Shown here in pieces: positions 6,273 to 14,949 of a stretch of 32,030 bases of DNA. The notes below the pieces were generated by a model that saw only the letters and a program-made list of their open reading frames with translations, made no database searches and was not told the origin of the DNA. The translations under genes and the position numbers were made by a program. Within the stretch, counting starts at the first letter, position 1; every line of letters starts with the position of its first letter. This DNA is from Candidatus Spechtbacterales bacterium (GTDB lineage: Bacteria; Patescibacteriota; Minisyncoccia; Spechtbacterales; HO2-43-30): NCBI GenBank assembly GCA_049274815.1, contig JBASTI010000018.1, positions 1 to 32,030 of the forward strand, read 5' to 3'.

Positions 6273-8378
6273 ATGGGGCTTTCTATAGGAGCCAAATTAA
6301 TCCTCACATTTTTTTTCGTACTTTTTGTAACTGTCGCGCTTGAATTATATTTGCTTTTTACAACCCAAAGCGCCCTTCGTCAGGCAGTCGGCCAGGACTC
6401 TGTGTTTTTGGCGGGGGATACAATCGAAAGAATTGACAAAGACATTTTTCTTAAAATTGAAGGAATTCAGTTATACTCTCAAGATGTAAGTCTCAAAAGC
6501 GCTCTTGAGGAATCAAATCGGTCATTTGACGCGATGGAAAATGCCGATACATATATACTGGCAAGAGATGCCGAGTGGACTTCCGCGCCGAAAGACGCAG
6601 TTACTCCATTCATGGGAGAGCTTATTGAGGGTTCCTTGTCCGATACATTGAGACAGGAATTTATCGGTTTCTGGGATCGTAAATACGGCTATCAGATTTA
6701 TGGGGAAGCGTTCGTTACAAATAAATACGGAGCGAATATAGCCCAAACCGGAAAAACTTCTGATTACCGCCAGGCAGATGAGGAATGGTGGCAGGAAGCA
6801 AAGGAAAAGGGTTTTTATGTAAGCGGATTTGAGTACGATGAAAGTGCAAGGGTGTGGAGTATGCCGATTTCTGTGCGCGTTGACGACGCCCGCGGGAATT
6901 TTCTTGGGGTTATAAAAACAGTCCCGCTCGCGAGAGAGGTAGTAAGGGAGGTAGAGCCCGCGGCGAAAAAATATGAGACAACAGAAATCCTGCTTGTAAC
7001 TCCGGACGGCAAGTTAATTTATTCCACAAAAACATTCCGGGCTTTTGAGGATGTGTCAAGCAAGGAGTTTTTTGGAAATATTAAGCCGGGAAGCGGATTT
7101 TTTATCGCGGAAGGATGGGGCGGGAAAGAGAAATTGTTCGCGTACGCGCAGTCAAGTGGGTTTAGAAATTTTGAGGGACTTAAATGGATTCTTTTGGTGG
7201 GGCATGACACGGCCGAAGTATTTTCGCCCATGCGACAGCTTCAAAATACCCTCGCGATTACAAGCAGCATACTTTTTTTTATACTAGGTTTGTTGGTTTT
7301 CTTGTTGGCCCGCGCGATCTCTTCGCCGATTCGAAAACTGACTGAAGCCGCGAACTACATTGCCCGCGGGAACCTTGAGGTAAGGATTGACATAAACACA
7401 AAAGATGAAATTGGGGAGCTCGCGAGCACCTTCAACGAAATGGCGAGTAAACTGCGCCGGTCTTATCAGAATCTTGAAGGAAAAGTGCGTGCGAGAACCA
7501 AGGAACTTGAGCGGAGGATTCGGGAATTAGATAAAGTCGCGAAAGCTCTCGTGCGCAGGGACCTTGAGCTTTCACAAGTCCGCAGAAAGCAGGAGGATCA
7601 GCTTCTGGAGCTTGACAAAGCCGCGAAGGCGCTTGTAAGGAGGGATCTTGAGCTACTTAAATTGAATGATGAGCTTCAGGAAATTGACAGGGCGAAATCA
7701 CATTTTGTATCAATTGCCGCTCATCAGCTGCGCACCCCTCTTTCTATAATGAAGTGGACATTTCGCATGCTTTTATCGGGCGACTTTGGGAAGCTGAATG
7801 ACGAGCAGAAAGATGTTATACAAAGAGGATATGATGTAAATGAAGGCACAATAGGACTAATATCTGATTTGCTGGATGTCGCGCGTATCGAATCTGGACG
7901 GTTCGCGTATGAATTTAGCGATGTGTCGATAGAGGAAATTATCAAGTACGCGGTGGAAATGAATATGCCTCGCGCCAAGGAGAGGAAAATCGATATGAGG
8001 GCCATAAAAGGTTCCGGGGACAAAGTTCTTTTTGTGCGCGGAGACAAAACGGCTTTGCGCATAGCTTTGCAGAACCTTGTCTCCAATGCCATTAACTATA
8101 CTTTACCTGGCGGAGAAGTAGAGGTAATATATAAAAAGAACGGAGCTTTTATGGAAGTGCGCGTGAAAGATACGGGGGTGGGCGTACAAAGAAATCAGAT
8201 GGGGCGACTTTTTACAAAATTTTTCAGGGGCGATAATGTCATGCGCATGCAGACATCAGGGACGGGCCTCGGACTGTTTATAGCAAAGAGTATAATTTCC
8301 GCTCACAATGGAGAGATGGGCGCGGAATCCGAAGAGGGCAAGGGCAGCACATTTTGGTTTAGAATACCTATAAAGTAA
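6273..8378 (+). CDS. Sensor histidine kinase (TM, Cache-like extracytoplasmic domain, TM, HAMP, coiled coil, HisKA, HATPase_c)
   Basis: 701 aa. About 300-aa extracytoplasmic region between two TM helices with a Cache-like segment (DYRQADEEWWQEAKEKGFYVSGFEYDE..WSMPISVRVDD..GNFLGVIKT). HAMP is PIRKLTEAANYIARGNLEVRI..DEIGELASTFNEMA. H-box is SIAAHQLRTPLS, N-box LVSNAINYT, G-boxes DTGVGV and GTGLGLFIAK. Confidence 0.9.
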   Translation: MGLSIGAKLILTFFFVLFVTVALELYLLFTTQSALRQAVGQDSVFLAGDTIERIDKDIFLKIEGIQLYSQDVSLKSALEESNRSFDAMENADTYILARDAEWTSAPKDAVTPFMGELIEGSLSDTLRQEFIGFWDRKYGYQIYGEAFVTNKYGANIAQTGKTSDYRQADEEWWQEAKEKGFYVSGFEYDESARVWSMPISVRVDDARGNFLGVIKTVPLAREVVREVEPAAKKYETTEILLVTPDGKLIYSTKTFRAFEDVSSKEFFGNIKPGSGFFIAEGWGGKEKLFAYAQSSGFRNFEGLKWILLVGHDTAEVFSPMRQLQNTLAITSSILFFILGLLVFLLARAISSPIRKLTEAANYIARGNLEVRIDINTKDEIGELASTFNEMASKLRRSYQNLEGKVRARTKELERRIRELDKVAKALVRRDLELSQVRRKQEDQLLELDKAAKALVRRDLELLKLNDELQEIDRAKSHFVSIAAHQLRTPLSIMKWTFRMLLSGDFGKLNDEQKDVIQRGYDVNEGTIGLISDLLDVARIESGRFAYEFSDVSIEEIIKYAVEMNMPRAKERKIDMRAIKGSGDKVLFVRGDKTALRIALQNLVSNAINYTLPGGEVEVIYKKNGAFMEVRVKDTGVGVQRNQMGRLFTKFFRGDNVMRMQTSGTGLGLFIAKSIISAHNGEMGAESEEGKGSTFWFRIPIK

Positions 8379-8387
8379 AAATACATT

Positions 8388-9137
8388 ATGCAAAAGATTC
8401 TTATTATAGAAGACGAGAAGGCGTTACTTTCAATGCTTTCCGATAAACTAATGCGCGAAGGTTATGACGTTGTGAGCGCGGAAGATGGCGAGGCGGGCAT
8501 CCAAAAAGCCAAAGAGGAGAAACCAGATTTGATTCTGTTGGATATTATTATGCCCAAAATGAGCGGAATAGAAGTTTTGGAAATAATGCGCGCGGATAAA
8601 ACGCTTTCCGCTATTCCCGTTATTATTATTTCAAATTCCGGTCAGCAAGTTGAGATAAAAAGAGCAAAAGCGCTCGGCGCGAGAGATTATTTAGTCAAAG
8701 CGGAATTCGACCCCCAAGAAGTTATAGAGAAAGTTCGCGCCCTGTTTGGGTCTTCAAAAAACAGCGATGATGGCTCAACCGTCCTTGTAGTGGAAGACGA
8801 TCAGTTTTTGCGCGATCTTATTGTAAAAAAACTGGAGGAGGAGGGGCTCAAGACATCGCAAGCAATTGATGGCGAAGAGGGGCTCCGGCTTATTCGGGAG
8901 AATAAGCCGGACATCGTTCTTCTTGATCTGATATTGCCGGGCATTGACGGCTTCGAGGTGTTAAAGCAGGCAAAAGCTGACCCAGCAGTATCGGAAATCC
9001 CAATTGTTATTTTGTCAAATCTCGGGCAAAGAGATGATATAGATAGGGGCATTGAGCTTGGCGCAAAGGATTATTTGATTAAAGCGCACTTTACTCCGGG
9101 AGAAATTGTGCAAAAAGTTAAAGAAATTCTAGGGTGA
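8388..9137 (+). CDS. Response regulator with two receiver domains and no output domain (REC-REC)
   Basis: 249 aa. REC1 has EDE, LLDIIMP and YLVKA. REC2 has EDD, LLDLILP and YLIKA. Both keep the acidic pocket, the phospho-acceptor Asp and the conserved Lys. No DNA-binding or enzymatic domain. Confidence 0.9.
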   Translation: MQKILIIEDEKALLSMLSDKLMREGYDVVSAEDGEAGIQKAKEEKPDLILLDIIMPKMSGIEVLEIMRADKTLSAIPVIIISNSGQQVEIKRAKALGARDYLVKAEFDPQEVIEKVRALFGSSKNSDDGSTVLVVEDDQFLRDLIVKKLEEEGLKTSQAIDGEEGLRLIRENKPDIVLLDLILPGIDGFEVLKQAKADPAVSEIPIVILSNLGQRDDIDRGIELGAKDYLIKAHFTPGEIVQKVKEILG

Positions 9138-10168
9138 GATTTTTAAACTTCAAAATACTAATCGTTTTTATAGTGATCCTCACTGCCCTCGGTTTTTGGG
9201 GCATATTTTTTTATCCCGATAAATTTCGCGCGAAAACCATAATTGTAGAACGCGAAGAAAAGACAGAGGAAATTCCGACGCCCGCGCCGGAATCCATAAA
9301 TAACTGCGCAAACGCGGAGAGGCGCCCCATAGCTCTTATGATCGCGGAAGACCACGAGGCCAGACCGTTATACGGCATTAGTTTCGCCGATATAGTCGTT
9401 GAGATGCCGGTTGTTACGGGCTCTATCACGCGCATGATGGCGATTTTTATATGCGAGGATCCTGAAGAAATTGGGTCAATACGGTCGGCAAGACACGATT
9501 TTATCCCCCTGGCGCTTGGGTACGACGCGATTTTCGCGCATTGGGGAGGGTCGCGCTTTGCGCTGGATGAGCTCGCGGGGGGCATAGTTGATAATTTAGA
9601 CGCTATGCCAAATTATTTTGACGCGTTTTATAGAAAAATAGGGATCCGGGCTCCCCATAACGGATTCACGTCAATGGCAAGAATGCTTAATGCCGCAGAG
9701 AAGTTGGGGTATAGATTGGCTACGAAGTTTGAAGGATATAAATTCTTAAATCCTAATGAGCAAATTCCAGTTTTCAGCAATGATGGAGAAACTATCGAAA
9801 TAAATTATAAATATCCGTATAATGTAAGGTATGAATATAATACGAAGACAAATTCATATTTACGGTGGCGCGGGGGATTTGTAGAGATTGATAAATTGGC
9901 AAATCGGCAAGCGGACGCGAAAAATGTTGTTATAATGCGGGCAAAGTCGCGTCAGATAGGCGAAGGATACAATGACGTGGATATTCTTGGATCGGGGGAA
10001 GCTGTGGTTTATAGAAACGGAGAAGAAATAAAAGGAAGCTGGGAGAAAAAGAAAGCCGAAGATGTGTTGAGGTTTCTTGACGAGACCCGGGAAGAAATAA
10101 GTTTTGTCCCCGGTAGCATTTGGATAAATATTGTAGAGCCAAGTACAATAGTGAATTATGAATTATGA
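9134..10168 (+). CDS. Membrane-anchored DUF3048-like (YerB-like) protein
   Basis: 344 aa. The GTG start overlaps the regulator stop (GTGA at 9134-9137). N-terminal TM helix. RPIALMIAEDHEARPLYGISFADIVVEMPVVTGSITRMMAIF..IGSIRSARHDF..YDAIFAHWGGS matches my memory of the DUF3048 N-terminal pattern. Confidence 0.55.
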   Translation: MRFLNFKILIVFIVILTALGFWGIFFYPDKFRAKTIIVEREEKTEEIPTPAPESINNCANAERRPIALMIAEDHEARPLYGISFADIVVEMPVVTGSITRMMAIFICEDPEEIGSIRSARHDFIPLALGYDAIFAHWGGSRFALDELAGGIVDNLDAMPNYFDAFYRKIGIRAPHNGFTSMARMLNAAEKLGYRLATKFEGYKFLNPNEQIPVFSNDGETIEINYKYPYNVRYEYNTKTNSYLRWRGGFVEIDKLANRQADAKNVVIMRAKSRQIGEGYNDVDILGSGEAVVYRNGEEIKGSWEKKKAEDVLRFLDETREEISFVPGSIWINIVEPSTIVNYEL

Positions 10169-10171
10169 ATC

Positions 10172-11017
10172 ATGATTTTACTTCTTTATGGGCCTGATAC
10201 ATATAGGTCCAGTAAAAAATTGAAGGAGATTATCGCGTATTATAGAGAAGTCCACAAAAGTGGAATAAATTTAAATGTATTAAACGCCGATGAAAACGAT
10301 TTTGACGCTTTCTACAATATCGTAGGAGCAGTAACTATGTTTAACGAAAAAAGGTTGATTGTATTGAAAGAATTTTTGGGATCAAAAGATTTTTCCGAAC
10401 GATTTATGGCGTGGAATGGCAGGGACAGTTTGAAAGGAACAAAAGACATAATTTGTGTTTTTTGCGAACAGGACGTAGGCAAAGTCAATCCAACGTTTTC
10501 TTGGCTTGTAGATAACAGTAAAACACAGGAATTTAGGGCATTAACCGGCCGCGAGTTAAATAAATGGGCGCAAGGATTTATCAAAGAAGAGGGTATTAGG
10601 ATTACGTCGGGAGCGCTTCTAAAGCTCCTTACGGCAACTAAAGGAGATTTGTGGGCTTTTCATAACGAGATAAAAAAACTCCGCTCATATGTACGGCGGG
10701 GCGTGATAACAGAGGACATTCTTGGCGTTTTCCTCCAGCCACGAAATGGGGCGCATATATTTGCTCTTACGGACGCGTTTATTTCGGGCAATAAGCCAAA
10801 AGCGTTTGAGCTGTTGCGCGCGCGTATTGAGGCAGGCGATAACGCGAATTATATATTTTTTATGGTTTCAGGCCAGTTTCGTAGGGCGGCGCAGTCACGG
10901 CGGTTTGGCGCAGAAAGAACTAAAAAAATCTACAACATTCTTGTAGATTTAGACATACGCATAAAGACTGGGAAAGTAGAGCCGCAAGCTGCCCTCGAAG
11001 AGCTTATTTTTTACTAG
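10172..11017 (+). CDS. holA: DNA polymerase III delta subunit (short form)
   Basis: 281 aa. N-terminus LLLYGPDTYRSSKKLKEII and overall helical clamp-loader-like layout (LLTATKGDLWAFHNEIKKL). The call rests on weak family resemblance. Confidence 0.55.
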   Translation: MILLLYGPDTYRSSKKLKEIIAYYREVHKSGINLNVLNADENDFDAFYNIVGAVTMFNEKRLIVLKEFLGSKDFSERFMAWNGRDSLKGTKDIICVFCEQDVGKVNPTFSWLVDNSKTQEFRALTGRELNKWAQGFIKEEGIRITSGALLKLLTATKGDLWAFHNEIKKLRSYVRRGVITEDILGVFLQPRNGAHIFALTDAFISGNKPKAFELLRARIEAGDNANYIFFMVSGQFRRAAQSRRFGAERTKKIYNILVDLDIRIKTGKVEPQAALEELIFY

Positions 11018-11267
11018 AGAGCTTGCGTGCAACAAGAGATTTTCGGCGCGCGGCAGTATTTTTTTTGAGAATGCCCACTTTTACCGCCTTATCAAGAGCT
11101 TTATACAAAGAAGGCAGAAGACGCTTTAGATCTTCCAGTTTCCCATCCCCAGCAAAAGACAACCCTTTTTTCATTAAGGTTTTTATTTTTGTTTTGTAGC
11201 GCAGATTATGCAATCTCCGCTTTTTATTCTGGCGCAGGGCTTTTTTTGCGGATTTAGTTATGGCCAT
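11004..11267 (-). CDS. rpsT: 30S ribosomal protein S20
   Basis: 87 aa, very basic. MAITKSAKKALRQNKKRRLHNLRYKTKIKT is the canonical S20 N-terminus. Its 3' end overlaps holA by 14 bp (convergent). Confidence 0.9.
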   Translation of the reverse strand: MAITKSAKKALRQNKKRRLHNLRYKTKIKTLMKKGLSFAGDGKLEDLKRLLPSLYKALDKAVKVGILKKNTAARRKSLVARKLSSKK

Positions 11268-11385
11268 ATCTCGTACTCTGCTATGAGTTATGTAATGACC
11301 CTACCATCTTTTCTGTTTTTCCGCAATACCCCGGTATATTTTTGATTGACACTAGCGCTAGAAGGCGCCTCGCCCTAGCGTGCGA

Positions 11386-13353
11386 TTACTTCGCAAGCTT
11401 TTTTATTTTGTCACGCAGTTTTGCGGCTCGTTCGAAATCTAATTCGCGGGCTGCTTTTCTCATTTCTTTTTCTAAATATTTAAGCGAAGCGCTAGTGATC
11501 TCGCTGGACATGTCCTCTTGTGGATTTGCCTCCACGCGCTCAACGGAGAGTTTTTCTAGGTTTTCTTCCAACGGTTTTTTAATGCTTTTGGGAATTATAC
11601 CGTGTTTTTTATTGTATTCTTCCTGCGTTTTTCTTCTCCGGCTCGTCTCTTTTATGGCCCGTTTCATGGAGCGGGTAATTGTATCGGCGTACATAATTAT
11701 ATGCCCCTCGATATGTCTAGCAGCACGGCCCATTGTCTGGATGAGGGTTGTGTCGTTTCTCAAAAAACCCTCCTTGTCAGCGTCTAAAATCGCGACAAGA
11801 GAAACCTCGGGCAGGTCCAATCCCTCCCGAAGGAGATTGATGCCAACAACAACGTCATGCTTACCTGATCGCAAATCGCGCAGAATTTTTGGCCGTTCAA
11901 GCGTATGAATTTCGGAGTGGAGATAATATGCCTTGATATTTCTCTCTACTAAATACTCCGCGATATCTTCGGCGAGGCGTTTTGTAATTGTTGTCACGAG
12001 CACCCTTTGATTTTTTCCTGTGCGCTTTTCAATTTCTTTAATCAGATCCGCCATCTGATTTTTTGTTTTGCGGATCTCAATAGAGGGGTCAAGCAATCCC
12101 GTCGGCCGAATCAGCTGTTGGACTATACCGTTCGTATCTCGGCCCGATGATTTTTTAAGCTCGTATTCTGCGGGAGTCGCTGACACGTATATTGTCTGTC
12201 CAATCCTTTTATTGAATTCATCAAACCTCAATGGTCTATTGTCTATAGCAGAGGGCAGGCGGAAGCCGTAGTCTATGAGCGTTTGCTTGCGCGACCGATC
12301 GCCAAAATACATGCCGCGGAGTTGGGGGATCGACATATGGGACTCGTCGATAAAAGTTAAAAATTTCAATCCAGCGGGGTTGGACCCCGATGGATTGAAA
12401 TTTAAGTAGTCAAGTAGCGTATACGGCGCCTCGCCCGGTTTTCGGAAATCAAGATGGCGCGAGTAGTTTTCTATACCGTGACAAAAACCGGTTTCTTCTA
12501 TCATTTCAAGATCAAAGAGAGTTTTCTGCCCCAATCTTTGCGCTTCAAGGAGCTTGCCTTGTTTTTTTAAGAGAGCGAGATGGTCGTGGAGTTCGTTTCG
12601 TATGTTCGATACCGCGATTTTTTGTTTGTCGTCGGGAGTGGCCCAGAAGTGGGCGGGGAAGATACGGGTAGTTGCTTCCCCTTCGCTTATATTGGAAACT
12701 TTGTTTTGGGAGATTTCTATTACTATTTTTTTTTCTCCGGTTGTCGGATACACCTCTATGCGTTCGCCTCTGGCGCGGAATTGGCCGGGTTTGAGGTCAA
12801 CTTCGTTGCGGGTATAGCCGAGAGCGACAAGATGCGCGAGTAATTCCTTCCGAGATATCGTTTGCTTAAGTGATATCTTGAGACTTAGGTTGCTGTAATC
12901 TTCCGGAGAGCCGATATTATAGATGCAGGATACGGACGCGACCACAATGACATCCGGGCGGCTTATTAGGTCTTGGGTTGTTGCATGGCGCATTTGGTCA
13001 ATTTTCTGGTTTATGCGCGCGTCTTTCTCTATATATGTATTGGATTGGGGAATGTATGCTTCTGGTTGATAGTAGTCGTAGTAGCTTACAAAGTAGTGAA
13101 CCGCGTTGTTGGGGAAAAACTCTTTAAACTCTCGATATAGCTGCCAAGCCAAAGTTTTATTATGCGAAATCACAAGAACTGGTCGTTGTATCTTTTCTAT
13201 AACCGAAGCCATGGTGAATGTTTTCCCGGATCCCGTTACGCCCAAAAGCACCTGATCCTTTGCGCCAGACAATATTCCCTGCGTCAATTTCTCTATCGCG
13301 TACGGCTGATCGCCGGTCGGCTTGAAGCTTGATTTTAGTTTGAACCTTGACAT
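11386..13353 (-). CDS. uvrB: Excinuclease ABC subunit B
   Basis: 655 aa. Walker A GVTGSGKTFTMA, FIDESHMS (DExH-type box), helicase motifs LVTTITKRLAEDI and GINLLREGLDLPEVSLVAILDADKEGFLR. C-terminal UVR motif ARELDFERAAKLRDKIKKL. Confidence 0.95.
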   Translation of the reverse strand: MSRFKLKSSFKPTGDQPYAIEKLTQGILSGAKDQVLLGVTGSGKTFTMASVIEKIQRPVLVISHNKTLAWQLYREFKEFFPNNAVHYFVSYYDYYQPEAYIPQSNTYIEKDARINQKIDQMRHATTQDLISRPDVIVVASVSCIYNIGSPEDYSNLSLKISLKQTISRKELLAHLVALGYTRNEVDLKPGQFRARGERIEVYPTTGEKKIVIEISQNKVSNISEGEATTRIFPAHFWATPDDKQKIAVSNIRNELHDHLALLKKQGKLLEAQRLGQKTLFDLEMIEETGFCHGIENYSRHLDFRKPGEAPYTLLDYLNFNPSGSNPAGLKFLTFIDESHMSIPQLRGMYFGDRSRKQTLIDYGFRLPSAIDNRPLRFDEFNKRIGQTIYVSATPAEYELKKSSGRDTNGIVQQLIRPTGLLDPSIEIRKTKNQMADLIKEIEKRTGKNQRVLVTTITKRLAEDIAEYLVERNIKAYYLHSEIHTLERPKILRDLRSGKHDVVVGINLLREGLDLPEVSLVAILDADKEGFLRNDTTLIQTMGRAARHIEGHIIMYADTITRSMKRAIKETSRRRKTQEEYNKKHGIIPKSIKKPLEENLEKLSVERVEANPQEDMSSEITSASLKYLEKEMRKAARELDFERAAKLRDKIKKLAK

Positions 13354-13362
13354 AGTTAAAAT

Positions 13363-13391
13363 ATTGTAGCAAAAAAATGAAAAACAGCCAA
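13363..13391 (-). promoter_or_regulatory. Candidate uvrB promoter placed 9 nt from the start codon (leaderless-type)
   Basis: Minus strand: TTGGCT (13391-13386), 17-nt spacer, TACAAT (13368-13363). ATG is at 13353-13351. No SD. The -35 lies inside the upstream terminator stem. Confidence 0.4.
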
Positions 13392-13403
13392 TATCGTGGC
13401 TGT
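13371..13403 (-). terminator. Intrinsic terminator of the 446-aa exported-protein gene
   Basis: Stem acagcca (13384-13390) pairs with tggctgt (13397-13403), with a 6-nt loop. On the minus strand it is followed by TTTTCATTTTTTT (13383-13371). Confidence 0.6.
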
Positions 13404-13419
13404 TTTTTGTTATGTAGGA

Positions 13420-14760
13420 TCATTTTAACTTCACGGGAACTACATATACATTCTTTACGCGAGGCACAACCTCGCTTTCAAAGTTAAAGTAGGTTTCTAC
13501 ATACATCAAAATCTCGTCATCTGATATGCGTTTATATGCAAACGGCACAGGGTTCCATCCCACCATCTTAATTAACCTCTTTTTTTCAATAAGTTCGGAC
13601 TGTAACCCGTCGAATTTTATACTAAGCGCATTAAGAGTCATCGCGAAGTCATCGTTTACTTCTTTGCCGGTCATAAGGACTACATTATAGGGGGAGTGCT
13701 CTGCCCTCGGCAGGAAAAAGAATGAAAGGGCATGGTCCCATGAAAAGACTTGCGCGAATGAGTTCGTATTTTGGTAGAAGTCGTCTTCGGAAATATCAGC
13801 TACCCATAGGCCACCACCTTCTTCTTCAAAGCCGTAAAGAAGAGCGTAGAAGAATCTGCCATCTTCGCTGAAGAATCCGGAGTGACCGTAGAGCCGCTCG
13901 TCACCCGCAGGCGCATACGAGCTTGCGGGTAGGGGATAGCGAACTATTTTGTAGTTATCCGGGTCACTTACATCAAAAAGGTACACGGACTGCCACCTTG
14001 GGTCGGGGTTCACGAATTCTCTGTCCGGCCATCCGTCGACACTTGCAAAGAATAAATCCGGATTCCTTGGGTGCTTTTCAAACATGATATGGTCACCCGG
14101 TAGAATATATAGTATCTTACTCTCTCCGCCCTCCGTCGTCTGCATGAGCATGTTTCTTCTACCTTCTTCGGGTTCGGATGCCTTTGAAAGTATGAAGCGC
14201 AAGGTGTCTCCGTCTTCAGAGATCACCCAAACCTTGTCGCATCGGTCAACTATGTTACTAAAGCCGCGATCTCTTAATCGGGCTGTTGCCCATAGAGAAG
14301 AGTATCCAAAATACGTTATTTGTGGTGGGGAGCCCCCCTTGTTTTCAAGCGATTTCGCATCAAGCTTTTTTAGGGCCTTGTAATAAAACTCACATCCCCT
14401 TGCTAAAAGTTTTCCAGGGGGATTGCGCCAGTCGGTGCTTGGGAGGGATGTAATTTCTTCCTCGTAGGCCCTATACTCTTTGCCTATTTCGGAATCGCTC
14501 AGAAGAAAGGCCCGTGGGTCAACATGAAAGTAAGACGGCGTGATCTGGCCTGGCTTTTCGGCTTGCCATTCTTGCGGCATCTGATCGGGCACCACAAGTA
14601 GCGTGCCATCCGAAAAAACCTCGGCAACAGTCCCGCTTATTTTCTTTCCGGGAAGATACTCGAAGGTAACGGAATTACCTCCTCGCCATATGTTATTGGC
14701 TGCTACCGGGGCCGTTATTAGAGCAACAAAGAGCAACGCGACAGATATTGATCTTTTCAT
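13420..14760 (-). CDS. Hypothetical secreted protein (446 aa), no recognised domain
   Basis: Long ORF with an AAGGAG SD 6 nt upstream and signal peptide MKRSISVALLFVALITAPVAANN. The mature part is rich in aromatic, Asp and Gly residues (beta-rich look) and has exactly two Cys (ARGCEF, VDRCDK). Confidence 0.7.
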   Translation of the reverse strand: MKRSISVALLFVALITAPVAANNIWRGGNSVTFEYLPGKKISGTVAEVFSDGTLLVVPDQMPQEWQAEKPGQITPSYFHVDPRAFLLSDSEIGKEYRAYEEEITSLPSTDWRNPPGKLLARGCEFYYKALKKLDAKSLENKGGSPPQITYFGYSSLWATARLRDRGFSNIVDRCDKVWVISEDGDTLRFILSKASEPEEGRRNMLMQTTEGGESKILYILPGDHIMFEKHPRNPDLFFASVDGWPDREFVNPDPRWQSVYLFDVSDPDNYKIVRYPLPASSYAPAGDERLYGHSGFFSEDGRFFYALLYGFEEEGGGLWVADISEDDFYQNTNSFAQVFSWDHALSFFFLPRAEHSPYNVVLMTGKEVNDDFAMTLNALSIKFDGLQSELIEKKRLIKMVGWNPVPFAYKRISDDEILMYVETYFNFESEVVPRVKNVYVVPVKLK

Positions 14761-14797
14761 GCCGATCTCCTTAATTTATTTTAAAGGACAACATCCT

Positions 14798-14848
14798 TGT
14801 ATACACCGTTGCGATAGACTTGACAAGATTTGCGCATCGGCATATGGT
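14798..14848. promoter_or_regulatory. Back-to-back divergent promoter candidates sharing a palindromic -35 region
   Basis: Plus strand: TTGACA 14820-14825, 17 nt, TATGGT 14843-14848. Minus strand: TTGTCA (14826-14821), 17 nt, TATACA (14803-14798). Both -35 boxes sit in the palindrome cttgacaag (14819-14827). Confidence 0.4.
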
Positions 14849-14917
14849 ATATGGAATCCTTGAAAGGAAAGGGCAAGCCCGGTTAGCAGTCGCGGGTTGG
14901 GTGTCGACTCTATCCCT

Positions 14918-14949
14918 ACGGATGCACTTTTTGTGTATCCGTTTTTGTT
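14918..14949 (+). terminator. Terminator/attenuator-like hairpin in the 5' leader of the thioredoxin gene
   Basis: acggatgcac (14918-14927), loop ttttt, gtgtatccgt (14933-14942; one G-U-type mismatch), followed by TTTTGTT. It lies 64 nt upstream of ATG 15013. Confidence 0.5.

Noticed and set aside
11347-11384. TTGACA followed by a GC-rich hairpin (cgctag..ggcgcc..ctagcg) between uvrB and rpsT, considered as a promoter or a uvrB terminator.
   Set aside because: The TTGACA is on the plus strand, where no gene follows. The hairpin has no T-tract on the minus strand where uvrB ends. It may be a weak terminator or a protein-binding palindrome, but the evidence is insufficient.
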